Assembly (NCBI RefSeq): GCF_006345805.1
Contig: NC_043006.1
Coordinates: 50,406,001 to 50,470,000, forward strand
Source of the DNA: Octopus sinensis
Taxonomy: Eukaryota
Direction: 5' to 3'
Length of the DNA stretch: 64,000 nucleotides
Each line of letters begins with the position of its first letter. Position 1 is the stretch's first letter. A program made the translations under genes and the position numbers. Below the pieces are notes generated by a model that did no database searches, was not told where the DNA came from, and saw nothing but the letters and a program-made list of their open reading frames with translations. Below, piece by piece: positions 13,283 to 26,517 of this stretch.

Positions 13283-14017
13283 GCATCTTTTTCTTCACAC
13301 ATCGCGAAGGTGGCGACAATGTGCAGACGACTCACTGGCTGGATCCTGAGGACATTCCGGACAAGAGACTGCGAGACTATGTTGACACTATGGAGGACAT
13401 TTGTCCTAAGCCGCCTGCTACTGCTCCCAACTGTGGTCACCGCATAGTATCAAACTAACCACAGAGCTTGAGACAATCCAAAGACATTTCACCAAGAGGA
13501 TTCCACCATGAAAGAAAAGAACTATTGGGAGAGGCTTAGGGAACTCAATTTGTACTCCTTGGAACGAAGACGAGAGAGATATGCAGTGATATACATATGG
13601 AAAATCCTGGAGGGACTAGCACCAAATTTTGGAATTGAGAGCTGTTCCAATCCCCGTACGGGACGTCACTGTGTGGTGCCAAAGGTCCCGTCTTCCACAT
13701 CCAGAGTAAGGAGCAGATACTGTAATAGCCTGGGGTTCAGGGGCCCTCAGCTTTCAACAAACTGCAAAAAAACTAAGAGATCTACATGATGCGGATGTGG
13801 ACTTTTCAAAAACATCTAGACAAGCTGCTTTCCGGGATCCCAGATGAACCCATGCAAGGTACGAAGGTAACCTAAGGGCAGCAGCTACAAACTCTCTCTT
13901 AGATCAGTGGCCAGCCACGGCAAACTGGACTTAGAGAGGGTAGCAACAAGGGCGGTGCCCCAGCATGGCCTCAGCCGGATGGCTGAAACAAGTAAAAGAG
14001 TAAAAGAGTAAAAGAGT
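13283..14017 (+). mobile_element. 5'-truncated CR1 LINE (3' end of RT plus tail)
   Basis: CRRLTGWILRTFRTRD and YWERLRELNLYSLERRRERY match the 7.4 kb element; tail GGCGGTGCCCCAGCATGGCC-hairpin-(GTAAAAGA)n. Confidence 0.92.
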
Positions 14018-14089
14018 ATATATATACATATATATGTATATTTTTCTGCATGCAAGTATATATCAGTATGTATATGTATATCAGTATGT

Positions 14090-14480
14090 ACACGTTAGCA
14101 CGTCGGGCGAAACACCTGGCGGTATTGTATTTCGTCTGCCGTTACGTTCTGAGTTCAAATTCCGCCGAGGTCGACTTTACCTTTCATCCTTTCGGGATCG
14201 ATAAATTAAGTACCAGTTACGCACTTGGGGTCGATGTAATCGACTTAATACCTATGTCTGTCCTTGTTTGTCCCCTCTATGTTTAGCCCCTTGTGGGTAA
14301 TAAAGAAATAGTTATTGTATTTCGTCTGTTTTTACCTTCTGAATTAAAATTCTGCCATAGTCGACTTTCCCTTTCATCCTTTCGGGGTCAATAAATTTAG
14401 CAACAGTTGCGTACTGGAGTTGATCTAATCGACTGCTCCGCCTCCCCCAAAATATCGGGCCTTGTACCTAGAGTAGAGAA
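14090..14480 (+). mobile_element. Two adjacent partial copies of tRNA-derived SINE family S2
   Basis: B-box GAGTTCAAATTC, then GTCGACTTTxCCTTTCATCCTTTCGGGGTCGATAAA, which recurs many times in the window. Confidence 0.85.
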
Positions 14481-14551
14481 GTGTATGAATATGTATGTAT
14501 GCATGTATGTATGTATGTATGTATGTATGTATGTATGTATGTATGTATATA

Positions 14552-14587
<36 letters not shown>

Positions 14588-14649
14588 TGTATGTATGTAT
14601 GTATGTATGTATGTATGCATGCATTTATGTATGTATATATATATATGTT

Positions 14650-15010
14650 GTATTTGAAGTCAATTACAACAGAATCGAGTCTATTTCAAGTAACTCTAAA
14701 ATTAAAAATTCTATATACCCTTGTAAAATTTCTACTGGTAATGAAGTATTTTTAAATATAGGACCGAGATCTTCTCAGTTATCTAAAATAATTTCTAATC
14801 ATTACTCTACATTTAGGGAAAGGAATAAACGTAACAGTACAGGGCTTAGTAAATTAATGAGGGATATAAAAGACCACAATAAACAATTTAATTTAGATTG
14901 GTTGATTCTCTCAATCTCGATACCTTATGACAAAGGCAAGGATTCTGTCTTCTCTGTAATTCTGAACTATTTTTATACTTTTTTTCTAAAAATCCCCTTG
15001 CAAACACGAT
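14650..15010 (+). mobile_element. Penelope-like element GIY-YIG endonuclease fragment
   Basis: NSIYPCKI..FLNIG..ISNHYSTF..RNSTGLSKLMRDIK..FNLDWLIL..PYDKG, then frameshifted CLLCNSE; fits the PLE endonuclease pattern. Confidence 0.8.
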
Positions 15011-15016
15011 TATAGA

Positions 15017-15281
15017 GCGTGTATGGGGCTATATTAAAGATAGCTATGGGGCTATGTTAAATATATCGTGTATCGAAAAAGATACGGGTCATTACTGAAC
15101 TAAAGCAAAAAATAACAGATGCTTCGTGCGACAAATGGAGCCCATATAGAGGTGTATTAAATGTGGTAAAGAAAAATATCTTTGAAAACGACTGAGTACA
15201 ATAGAATAAGTCTGATTTAAGATACTTTATCAATTGTCTTCGTAATTAATTTTTAATTGTAAAGCGACTTTATGGACACCC

Positions 15282-15285
<4 letters not shown>
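15017..15285 (+). mobile_element. Tc1/mariner 3' end remnant
   Basis: VWGYIKD motif; terminus TGGACACCCTG followed by TA. Confidence 0.6.
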
Positions 15286-15361
<76 letters not shown>

Positions 15362-15451
15362 ATATACATACATACACATATGTATATCTATATATGCATG
15401 TATGTGTGTATTTATGCATATACATGCATATATATATATATTATATATTAT

Positions 15452-15494
<43 letters not shown>

Positions 15495-16674
15495 CTATAT
15501 ATGTATGTATATACAAGCAAATATATGTAGATATATATTCATATATATGTATACATGCATACATATTTGTATGTGTGTATATATGTACATACACATAAAT
15601 ATACGTGTGTGTGTGTGTGTGTGTGCGTGTCCTACACACTCTCATAATTATCTGAAACCGTATTAATGATTATTATTTGTTTTAGCCTTTATTGATTGTG
15701 CTTTGTCATTGGCAGTAAGCGTTACTAGGAATAGTAATAAAACCTTGAACAAACTTAAAAACTCTCTCACCGACGGTAAACATAAAATACTATAAAAGAA
15801 ATATAAAGAAAAAATCATTAAGTAAATAATTAATTATGTATTTCGAATTGTGACCGTTCCTTAGTACCCAATTATAGTTGAGAACAGTCCACGTTATTCG
15901 ATAGCAAATGAAATTACTGTCTTGCCGCTAAGACGGCTATAAACGAAGTAAGCAAGTTTTGTAGCAATTTTATTCCCCGTTTTCTATCTTAATATAACGC
16001 TGAGTAAAATCGCTTGAAAATTTACTTCATTCAGTTATGAGAAAAGTGAGAAACATTTTGAAAAGAAGTGGAAAATAAAGATATTTCAAATAATTTCATT
16101 TTCATTTTGCGGTAAGCATACTGACAAGCTAGAAATTCTTTTGTTTAGCAGGTGCAAATCGTCATCTGTTTTCACCTCAGCAGATCGGAAACTATTTTAC
16201 ATCTGCAGAATGGTAAGCAGTAACCGCAGCAAGCTACTACGAATACTGCATGTACGTTTTCGACCCCCCACCCATCTACAACATTCCCCTCATCTAACCC
16301 TGAGGTTAAAGAACAACTGAAAAAGGCTGATATCGCACAGTTGCTGTTGCTGTTTCTAAGACATCTCTTCGATCAAAAGAATTCCTTGCTATTCCCTATT
16401 ATCGCCCAGCTCAAACAGAAAAAAAAACAGTTTCCATTCTTCTGAATAAAATACCAATATTATGCACATATCATTTGTAAACTGCATCCAATATCGACAA
16501 AAACAAATGTTACATTTCTTTACTACATACCACCGTGTGCCCTAAACATGAAGGGCATTTGTCCATACAGTATAAGAGGAAAAGGACGGCTCATACCTCC
16601 ATCCCATACACAAATGCAGAGTCCCTAGCTCGGAGTCCAAGTATGGGTACACAAAAATAACAAGTTTTACACAT

Positions 16675-16859
16675 GAATGGCTGTGTGGTAAGTTGCTTGT
16701 TTACGAACCACATGGTTCCGGGTTCAGTCCCACTGCGTGGCACCTAGGGCAAGTGTCTTCTACTATAGGCCCGGGCCGACCAAAGCCTTGTAAGTAGATT
16801 TGGTAGACAGAAACTGAAAGAAACCTGTCATATATATGTATATATATATATATATATGT

Positions 16860-16893
<34 letters not shown>

Positions 16894-17030
16894 CTGTGTT
16901 TGTCCCCCAATATCGCTTGACAACCGATGCTGGTGTGTTTACGTCCCTGCAATTTAGCGGTTTGGCAAAAGAGACCGATAGAATAAGTACTAGTCTTACA
17001 AAGAATAAGTAAACAAGTAAAAGAGTAAAG
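16675..17030 (+). mobile_element. tRNA-derived SINE family S1 with internal (TA)/(TG) microsatellite
   Basis: TGGCTGTGTGG A-box, GGTTCAGTCCC B-box-like motif; body shared with copies at 26.9, 51.8, 52.2, 54.9 and 63.4 kb. Confidence 0.9.
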
Positions 17031-18269
17031 AGAGATACTGCACTAGAAGACATTCATTGAGAGAGCCATGAACGTAACAATCAATGTTTTAAAAAAGTAC
17101 ATAAGGATAAATGTCAAACAACCAATAATATATAAGTAAAGCAATAATCTAATATAGATAAAATACATCACCTCGTCCAGAGTATTGAAGAACAGCAATC
17201 AAGTGATAGGACGGCCATGACAAAGTAACCTCACTAACAGGCACGAAAAGACAACCAAATATAGAGTTCGTTGTTATCTAGTAAGAAAATATGGAAGATG
17301 ACCTTAGCCTTTAAATCGAACGGTCTATGTACATCTATTTGCATGGGACACTTCGAATGCAACCCCATCCACCAAATCCAAGCGTCCTCCCTGCCCTACG
17401 TCATATCAACGAATTTACTACTTGCCACTAAATATTTACGGTCATAATAAGAAACCTGTGCAACCGTACCAAAATTATACGGGTTTTTATATATATATGT
17501 GAGTATATATAATATATATATATATATATATACGAGCAAAACGTTTCGGATGGCGGATGCCCGAGATCCTAGAAGCCACACACACACACACACACAGACA
17601 GACAGAACAGATTTTATAGAAGAGATATACATATACACACACATACATTCACACACACATATGTGCAAACATACACGGTAGCTGTCGTCTCGATTTTCAG
17701 AAAAACCAGATTTTCATTGCAGACATAACCCTCACGCTCACACATATATGCATATACACACACACATACACTTATATATATCTGTGTATGTGTGTGTGTG
17801 TGTGTGTACATGTCTAACACACAAACAAAAGACAGTTAACAAGTCGCAGTGAATCAAATTTATCGGAGAGCGAGAAAGTCGCATGTGCATATCGTCTTAA
17901 GTAAAAAAAAAAAAAACTTCGCAGATATACATGGAAAATGGAGACAAAGATGTTTTTCAAAAAGTAGAAATAACGTTTGCACACACACACACACACACAC
18001 CACACACACACACACACACACAGATACATACATACATTCATTCATGTGTGTGTGCGTGTATCATAGACGCATACTCGTCTCTTCCTCGCATGTCCTCCTA
18101 CACCATACTAAAGCACACACACTCACATGTGTTGGGAAAATTAATGTTTCTGTTATAAGTAGACGAGTGACGCCAAAAGAAACAGAATAGCTTAATTCAT
18201 TTAGTTTTATTCTAATAGCGATTCCATATCACATTGCTTTTCCTTGCTTCATTTTCGATATTGAGTTGA

Positions 18270-18750
18270 ACTCAAAGTTAAATGATACTCAGTATAACAA
18301 AGCGTCACAGCTCCAGCGTTCGACCCTCAAACGAGAAAAGGTTGGTAAGAAAGCCGGCCTCCATATCTTCATCTTAGTTTTCGCTCCTATCGTCACCTAT
18401 TATCATAAATATTGGGTAATGAGCGAAAATTTAATGGAGCAATGTTACTCAACGGGGTGCGTGGTTTGGAGATCAGGGAGTCTCTCCAAATTCAGCCGCT
18501 ACATTTCTGCATTGCAAAGTCATTGCTTCGGTACCACGGACATGGGATTAGAATGTGGCAGGAAAGAATCGCAAATGCATTCCTCAAACCGGGTCAATTG
18601 GCAGGAATAGACAATGGTAGGAATAGACAAAGAATGAGATATCTCGATTATGTCTAAAGTTTCAGTTAGTCTCGCTTGTGAATCCAGTCAGAAAGTCTAA
18701 TGACGGTTATTTCTCGTAGGACCGTAAGCAGGAAATGCCTGAAGACTCTA
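18270..18750 (+). mobile_element. Decayed RTE-clade LINE 3' fragment
   Basis: VFAPIVTYYHKYWVMSE and EIRESLQIQPL..SLLRYHGHGIRM match RTE post-RT motifs. Confidence 0.75.
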
Positions 18751-18779
18751 CCCAACGACCCTTCCTGGAAGATTGCCGA

Positions 18780-19215
18780 CATTATGTTTCTAGCATTTAG
18801 CATTGAAGCCAATATTTTTCTCACTCGCCGCAGCTACTCCCTTTTTGTCTTTTCCATCATGTCATTGTGTTTGATTCCTTCTGCCTCAAGTGTTCCCAGG
18901 TATTTATAACTGGATTCAGGTTGAATTGCCTTAATCATTTCAACACTTGGCAATCATATGCCTTCCTATTCTGAAAATGTTTCCTCGTCTAATCACCATC
19001 GTAGCACATTTTGTCAGTCCAAACTCCATCTTAATATCATTGGAGAAAATCTGCACAGACTGGACTAGGCTGTCCAGTTCTGCCTCAGTCTTTGTGAATA
19101 GCTTCAGGTAATCCATGAAGAGGAAGTGGTTCAGTTTTCCCTTACCTCTTCCCAGATCGTACCCCAACTTTGTTTTCTGTAGTATTTCACTCAAGGGGAT
19201 CATTCCCAGCATGAA
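18780..19215 (-). mobile_element. R4/Dong-type RT fragment
   Basis: PLSEIL..GY..LNHFLFMDYLKLF..MEFGLTKCA, KYLG and LNARN. Confidence 0.85.
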
Positions 19216-19278
19216 GATCAGTGGGAATATATGCTGTAACCCATCTTTTATACCAAGACAAATCAGTGTACATAACAC

Positions 19279-19349
19279 GGGCATATGGCGTAGGGGTTAA
19301 GAGCGCGGGCTACTAACCCCAAGATTCCGAGTTCGATTCCAGGCAGTGA

Positions 19350-19353
<4 letters not shown>
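19279..19353 (+). mobile_element. tRNA-derived head of the hammerhead SINE (family C); body displaced to ~20090 by an insertion in its (TAA)n linker
   Basis: TGGCGTAGGGG A-box and GAGTTCGATTCC B-box; near-identical head at 55492 leads via (TAA)n into the body seen at 20090. Confidence 0.8.
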
Positions 19354-19400
<47 letters not shown>

Positions 19401-19402
<2 letters not shown>

Positions 19403-19540
19403 TGGAAGTGTTATCATGTACATGGAAGTGTTATCATGTACATGGAAGTGTTATCATGTACATGGAAGTGTTATCATGTACGTGGAAGTGTTATCATGTA
19501 CATGGAAGTGTTATCATGTACATGGAAGTGTTATCATGTA
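19401..19540 (+). repeat. 20 bp tandem repeat (CATGGAAGTGTTATCATGTA) x7
   Basis: Direct reading. Confidence 0.97.
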
Positions 19541-20026
19541 CATTGTTTTGTCTTGGTATAAAAGATGGGCTACAGCAAATATTCTGCTCAATACCACAGA
19601 TTTGCTTGTCAGTTGTTTGACCTTAACCAGTTGAGCATGTCCCTTAGTGGCTGACGATATGTGCATCTCTGATCACGAGCAGAAGTAGTGGGGGAGCATC
19701 ATAGCCATGTGTTGAGAGGGATGCTTTGGGGTTTGAATAGTTCACCTCTGGAAACATGGGTGGTTCTTTCAACATCCTTAAACAACCCTTATTCGGGGAC
19801 CGTTTGAGCGGGATGGGCTACTCAACCTGAAGAAAATTCAAACTGGGCCCCACCTGCAAGGTCATGTGCTGTTTATCTTGATATGAGATCACCATGTCGC
19901 GCACATATGGTTGTGATGCATGTGCCTGGTGTACCTTTATCAGACGGGTAGTCATGATGGGTATATTGGGCTTCGTATATTTTTTACCCAGTGTCACTTT
20001 GATGGCATGAACTGCTCTCTCACTCA
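19401..20026 (+). mobile_element. ~630 bp non-coding element embedded in (TAA)n
   Basis: Inverted homologous copy at 55994-56527 and fragments at 19238-19275, 20413-20480 and ~26490; ends in CACTC(AAT)n. Confidence 0.8.
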
Positions 20027-20120
20027 ATAATAATAATATAATAATAATAATATAATAATAATAATAATATATAATAACAACAACAACAACATCGAAAATA
20101 CCTTAGGAATGAGAACCCAA

Positions 20121-20165
20121 GACACCTGAAGAAGGCTGGAGGGTATATCAGCCGAAACGTTGGGT
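20121..20165 (+). ncRNA. Minimal hammerhead ribozyme in SINE family C
   Basis: GACAC-CTGAAGA-A-GGCTG-10 nt-CAGCC-GAAA-CGT-T-GGGT (GTGTT in the 55.3 kb copy); stem III reduced to ACGT. Confidence 0.72.
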
Positions 20166-20186
20166 AAACAACAATCAAGATGAGGA

Positions 20187-20326
20187 TTATTATTCAGTCG
20201 TTTATTTTTTATATCGTGCTTTCACTTCACTACCAAGCACAGCTCTGTGTGCCCTGGGTATGTGCTGTGAGGCACACAGAGCTGTGCTCGGTAGTGAAGT
20301 GAAAGCACGATATAAAAAATATACTA

Positions 20327-20337
<11 letters not shown>
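20187..20337. repeat. Fold-back palindrome of a Dong 3' UTR
   Basis: Arms 20193-20253 and 20271-20331 match the 3' end of the Dong element at 20872; flanking (TTA) flips to (TAA). Confidence 0.85.
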
Positions 20338-20411
<74 letters not shown>

Positions 20412-20551
20412 TCTGATGCTGTACAAGGCAGTGGCTCTCATGGCTTCTTATCTTAACTGATTGGAAGTGTTATTATTTACATTATTTACATTTGACGTAT
20501 ATTTGTCCTCATCTTGATTGTTGTTAACCCAACGTTTCGGCTGATATACCC

Positions 20552-20587
<36 letters not shown>

Positions 20588-20608
20588 TATTATTATTATT
20601 ATTATTAA

Positions 20609-20811
20609 AGTGGTGAGCTGGCAGGATCGTTAGTACGCTGGGAAAATGCTTAGCGGCATTTCGTCCGTCTTTATGTTCTGAGTTTAAATTCCACCTTGGT
20701 CGACTTCATTGATTCAGGATCGATAAAATAAACACATATTGAACACTGGGGTCGATGCAATTGACTTAGCCCCTCCCATGAAATTGCTGGCTTTGTGCCA
20801 AAGTATGAAAC

Positions 20812-20812
<1 letters not shown>
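20609..20812 (+). mobile_element. SINE family S2 copy
   Basis: GGTGAGCTGGCAGGATCGTTAG head and shared body. Confidence 0.8.
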
Positions 20813-20858
<46 letters not shown>

Positions 20859-20871
20859 TATTATTATTATT

Positions 20872-23204
20872 CAGTAGTTTTATTTTTATAGCATGCTTTC
20901 ACTTCACTACCGAGCGCAGCTCTGTGTGCCTTGGGTATGTGCTGTGATTTGTTGTGATGCTCTGATGGTTATTGTATGGAAAGTGTTCTGCGTAGGATGT
21001 GTGCAGTGCCTAGTAGTGCAATTTTCTGTATGTTATATGTGTTTGTAAGTCCTGGTGTTTTTGTTATGTATTTGTCTGAATATTTTTTTATCATGCCTAA
21101 TGCACCTACTATGATAGGAATTGTTTCTGTTTTCAGATTCCACATTCTAGTTACCTCTATTTCCAGGTCTTTGTATTTTGAGAGTTTCTCCATTTCTTTT
21201 AGAGACACGTTGTCATCTGCCGGTATTGATACATCAATTAGAAAGCATTTTTTTTCTTCATGATCTCTGACAACTATATCTGGTCTGTTGGCCTTAATTT
21301 CTCTATCTGTGTGTATCGGCATATCCCAGAGTATGGTTGCTTTCTCGTTTTCTGTGACCTTTTCTGGTGTGTGCCTATACCATCTTTTTCTGTTGTTATT
21401 CCATAATGTTGGCATAGCTTCCAATGTATGTAGGTTCCAACTCTGTCATGTCTGTGAATATATTCCTTCTTAGCCAGGACTGGGCAGCTAGAGATAATAT
21501 GATTTATTGTTTCTTGTCCATCTCCACATATTCTGCAGTTACTTGTAATATTTCTTTTCATTACATGTTTTTGGTAATTTCTGGTGGGGAGGCTTTGGTC
21601 TTGTGCTGCAATTAAAAATCCCTCTGTTTCTGCTTTGAGTCCTGAGCTTCTCAACCATTGCTGGGATTTTTCTTTGTCTATTTCCTTTGCGTTTAGTTTA
21701 GTGCAGTATTTACCATGAAGGGGCTTTTCTTGCCATCGTTTTATCATGGTTCGTTGCTGTTCTATTTTTAGTTTGGATTTCATTTCTTTTATAGCTTCTG
21801 TTGTTTCTTCATCATCTTCTTCTTCTTCGTGTTTATTAGGTGGTATGATTTCTTGTTTGTATTTGTCAGCTTCCTTAATACTGAAACAGTTTTTTGTTTT
21901 GCTCGTGTTTTGCTGCTATCTGGATCAGTTTTCCTTCCTTCTGAAGTAGGTATTTTTGCAGTCCTATGGTGGTTATTTTATAGTAGTTTTCAGCTGTATA
22001 AGGCCTCTACCACCTTCTATACGTTGTATATATAGTCTTTCTATGTCAGATTTTGGGTGATGCATCCTAGATCCTGTCAGTATTTTTCTTGTCTTCCTAT
22101 CTATTTTGGACAGTTCATTTCGTGTCCAGTTAAGGATATTGTAGCTGTAACTTATAACTGGGACAGCTAAAGTGTTGATACCTATTATCTTGTTTTTAGC
22201 ATTGAGCTCTGTTTTTAGTATTGATCTAACTCGTCTATAATATTCTTTTTTATTTTCTCTTTCATTTGTGTGTGTTGTGTCTTATCTAGTTCATGGATTC
22301 CTAAGTATTTGTAAGTTTGGCTTTGGTCTAATTCTTTTATTTCATTGGTTTTATCTAGTGTGATGTTGTTACTCTTAACTAGTTTTCCTCTTTTCATGGT
22401 TACTTTGGCGCATTTTTCTAATCCAAATTTCATATCTATTTCTTTGGTAAATCCATGAACTGTCTTTAATAGTGTTTCCAGCTGTTTGTCATTTGCAGCG
22501 TATAGTTTTAGGTCATCCATATATAAAAGGTGGCTGATCGTTTTGCCGTAACATTTATATCCGCATCCAGTTCTATTTAGCATATCAGATAGAGGTGACA
22601 GTGCCAAGCAGAAAAGGAGTGGAGAGAGCGTGTCTCCCTGGAATATTCCTCTTCTAATGGGGATGTCTTTGGTTTTCATGAGTCCCTCTTTTGTTTGGAG
22701 GTGTAGGACTGTTTGCCATTTATTCATAGAGTGCTCTATGAATTTTGATTGTTGGTGCTACTTTGTTAATGGCTAGTGTTTCGAGGATCCATGTGTGGGG
22801 GGTGCTATCAAACGCCTTTTTGTAGTCAATCCAGGCCATACTGAGGCCTTTCTTCTTTCTGTGGCTGTCTTCAGTTATGGCTTTATTAATCATTAGTTGA
22901 TCTTTACATCCATATGAGCCTTTGCGGCATCCTTTCTGCTCTTCTGGGAACAGTTTGTTTTCGTCCAGGTGCTTGTTCAGCCTTTGCGATATCACTGCAG
23001 TAAATGCCTTGAACATAGTAGGGAGGCAGGTTATTGGTCTGTAGTTTTCTGGTTTTGCTGTTTCATTTGATTTGGGAATTAAGATGATTTTCCCCTTCGT
23101 GAGCCATTCAGGCATTGTCTCTGGCTCTGCTAGTATGCTGTTAAAGTTTTCAGCCAGCTTTTTGTGCATTCCTGTTAGATATTTCAACCAGAAGTTGGGG
23201 ATCT
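20872..23204 (-). mobile_element. 5'-truncated R4/Dong non-LTR retrotransposon (RT + RLE), frameshifted, in (TAA)n
   Basis: NYRPITCL, WIDYKKAFDS, GIFQGDTLSP, YMDDLKL; CRICG..ETINHIISSC, RHD, RPDIV, LIDVSIP, KLSKY; (TTA)n on both sides. Confidence 0.93.
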
Positions 23205-23215
23205 TATTATTATTA

Positions 23216-23279
<64 letters not shown>

Positions 23280-23314
23280 CATCATTGTTATTATTATCAT
23301 TATTATTATTATTA

Positions 23315-23354
<40 letters not shown>

Positions 23355-23374
23355 TACTACTACTGCTATTATTA

Positions 23375-25294
23375 TATGTTTGACTTTTGCTTTGTATTTG
23401 TACAAGTTGGTTCCAAGTATCACTCAGAGACAACAAGTTAGAAGTTCAAGTTGGTGTTATAGCCAGGTTGTCATATATTTGGTTATGTACATAGTATTGT
23501 TGTAGAGAGTGTTTAAGAAAACAAGAAAATTATGAGTTTGCTTTAAAATTTGAGATTACATAAACAGTATGTTACGTAGGATATGGGCAGTTCCCATGAG
23601 CACTATGTTTTGAATTTCTGCCATTCTGAAGTTTTCTGGTATCTGAGCTAGGTAGCAATCAGCCCGTTTTGCTATCATTCCCAGGGCACCTATGACAACA
23701 GGTATTGTTTTAGTCTTCAGGTTCCACATTTTGCCAATTTCTATTTCAAGATATTTATGCTTGCTCAGTTTTTGGTACGTCTTTACAGATACGGTTATAT
23801 CGATTGGGACAGCCATATCAATGAGGAGGCATGAGTTCTGTCTAAAGTATTTCAATATGTCTGGCTTATTTGCATCTATTTTTCTATCAGTTTGAATGGT
23901 GAAGTTCCAGAGGAGTGAGATGTGATCATTTTCAAGCACTGGAGGTGGATTGCCATCCCACCAGTTTTTATCATGGGGCAGATCCTGGCTTTTGCAAATT
24001 ATTGTACAGCTCTATCATTCCTGTTGAGATACTCTGTAGGCGCAAGTAGACTGCACATGGAGACAACATCATCAATGGTTTTATTTTGTTGTTGACATAT
24101 ATAACATGTTGGGCAGCTGCCGTTCTTTAATATGTTGGCCTGGTAGTTTATTGTAGGTAGGCATTGATCTTGGGCTGCTATGATAAACCCTTCTGTTTCT
24201 GATTTTAAGACAGAAGCCATTAACCATTGATGAATAAGGGCTTTGTCAACATCGACATTATTAGCTCTCTTTGGGTGTTTGCCATTCAGAGGTTTTTCAT
24301 GCCATTTATCAGTAAGAATATCTAAAGTAGCAGTTTTAGCACGGGTTTTCATACGCTTAGCTTTTTCTTTGCTTCTTTCTAGTACGTCTAATTCTGGAAT
24401 TTGTTGTATTTGAAATTCACTTATATATTCCTTTGTCTGTTTTGTTTTTGAGTATGATACTTTCTTGTTTTCATGTTTTGAGACAAGTTTTAACATCCAG
24501 TCCTCAGAATTTTTCAGGCAGGTGCCAAGGCCAATTGTGGCAATATTCATTGTTAATTCCAGTTGTAAAACTCCACGGTCTCCCACTTTTCTTGGCAGAT
24601 AAAGTCGTTCTATATCTGCCTTAGGGCGGTACATTCTATGCATTGTCAACAATTTTCGTATTTTTCTGTCAAGATTACATATTTCAGTAATTGACCAGTT
24701 AATGATATTGAAACTATAAGTCATAACTGGTATGGCTAAATTATTGATCGCTTCAATCCTGTTTCTTGCATTCAGCTCTGTCTTGAGTATTGCTCTCACC
24801 CTGCGATAACATTCTCTTCTGATCCTTTCCCCTCATCACTGAATGTTTGATTCCGTCCCCTTCAAACATCACTAGGTATTTGTAGCTCTCTGTTGGTCCT
24901 AACTCCTTTATGGCATTCTGCTGGTCACGGTTAACGTTAGATGTTTCTGTAATTTTTCTTTTAATAGAGGTAGCTTTTGCACATTTATCGAGGCCAAATA
25001 GCAACCTGATGTCATCATTAAATTGTTTAAAAATCGTTAGTAAGCCCTGGAGTTGTTGGCCATTTTTTGCAAAGAGCTTTCAATGATCCATTTTTATCAA
25101 ACATTTTATAACCTTACTGTACATCATTGAGCAATTTCAAGAGAGGTAGACAAAAGAGGAGTGGTGATAGAGAGTCACCCTGGAAAATGCCACATGAAAT
25201 TCTTACATCTCCAGCATTAAGAGATTCATTATTGTCACGATGTCATACTTACAGACAAAAAGTTTCATAGAGTAGGTGCTATTTTACACATTTC

Positions 25295-25296
<2 letters not shown>
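23375..25296 (-). mobile_element. Second, distinct 5'-truncated R4/Dong element in the same (TAA)n array
   Basis: FGLDKCAK, YKYL, LNARN, AAQDQ, CYIC, KPDI, LIDMAVP; (TTA)n on both sides. Confidence 0.9.
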
Positions 25297-25340
<44 letters not shown>

Positions 25341-25969
25341 TTATTATTATTATTATTATTATTGATTAAGTTATTAATTAATTTATTATAGGTCGTTTAT
25401 TATTATTAATTAATTAATAAAATGTTGGTCATATAACCAATATTTTTAGGCAGTCGGAATCTCTGGATATGATACCTATGAACACTCTATGTTCATAGAA
25501 AGAAAGACATATACTTGTCTTATTGTAATAATGTTTTGCAGTCACTATTAAACAGTACTTTGCTGTTGAGATATAGCAATATTGAAACAGAAACATTTGA
25601 TGAGGTTGTCACTGTACAGTTAATGACCAGACTAACTCCTAATTGCGTTCCTTATTTAATTAATTAAGAATTCGTGTTTCTTATCAATAGACGTATAACA
25701 TTAATTAATTAATATTTCAAGGTTTCCTATCTCAAATATATTGACACTCACGTAGGTGCTCTCGAGCAGTTTCCAGTGAATTGGCTTATCGAAAGAAGTG
25801 GAGAAATAACAATAAATGCTATTACGAGAAGCCCATAACAATATAATGTATCTTAACGCAATAAGATAGTTAATATTAAAGTTTCAACGATACACATTAC
25901 ACCTATTGCTATGAATGTGTATGAATAAATAATATAAAACCACACTAGAAACTGATGTGGGGGTTGTGT

Positions 25970-25974
<5 letters not shown>

Positions 25975-26041
<67 letters not shown>

Positions 26042-26057
26042 GTGTGTGTGTGTGTGT
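25975..26057. repeat. (TG)n microsatellite
   Basis: Direct reading. Confidence 0.98.
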
Positions 26058-26517
26058 GGTTTGTGGCTGTATGAGAAAATAGACGATATCACATTGAGTA
26101 AATGAGAGTTGTTTAATCGATGAAGGCCATGACGACCACAGCGCTATTTCAGTTCAGCAGTGCTTAAGGTGTTAACGATCTCGTTAGGATAAAAGGCAAA
26201 TATTATCCACGTCGTGCAATCGAGCATAAGGAAATACTGCAATGTCCTCTCATGTTCAAACGATTTAGTTAATTCATCACACTTACATAAGACAAATGAA
26301 AACTATTGCACGAAACATCGCTAGCGGGTCGTTTGCTTGAGGAGTTCGTTTGCGCTTCCACGTTTTGCCCTTTTTTATTGTACTGCGTCACATCTTGCAC
26401 ATATGTCTTCTACAACAGCCCGGTTTGAACAACTTTTCAGTGGAATTTTATAGATGGAAACTGTTCGGAAGTCCATTACTTTCAAACTCCAAAGAATTCC
26501 TCTCAACACATGGCTAC

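Noticed and set aside
16112-16218. Possible small host exon (TTTGTTTAGCAG ... ATG/GTAAGC)
   Set aside because: Splice-like signals only; no recognisable peptide or partner exons. Needs RNA-seq.
19279-19353. Functional tRNA gene
   Set aside because: Acceptor and T stems pair poorly, there is no oligo-T terminator, and it is part of a repeated SINE.
19401-19540. CRISPR-like appearance of the 20 bp repeats
   Set aside because: No spacers and no cas genes; eukaryotic context.
23072-23436. Poly-N/L/I ORFs, including the N-terminus of the 238 aa ORF
   Set aside because: Read-through of the (TAA)n tract into a truncated Dong RT.
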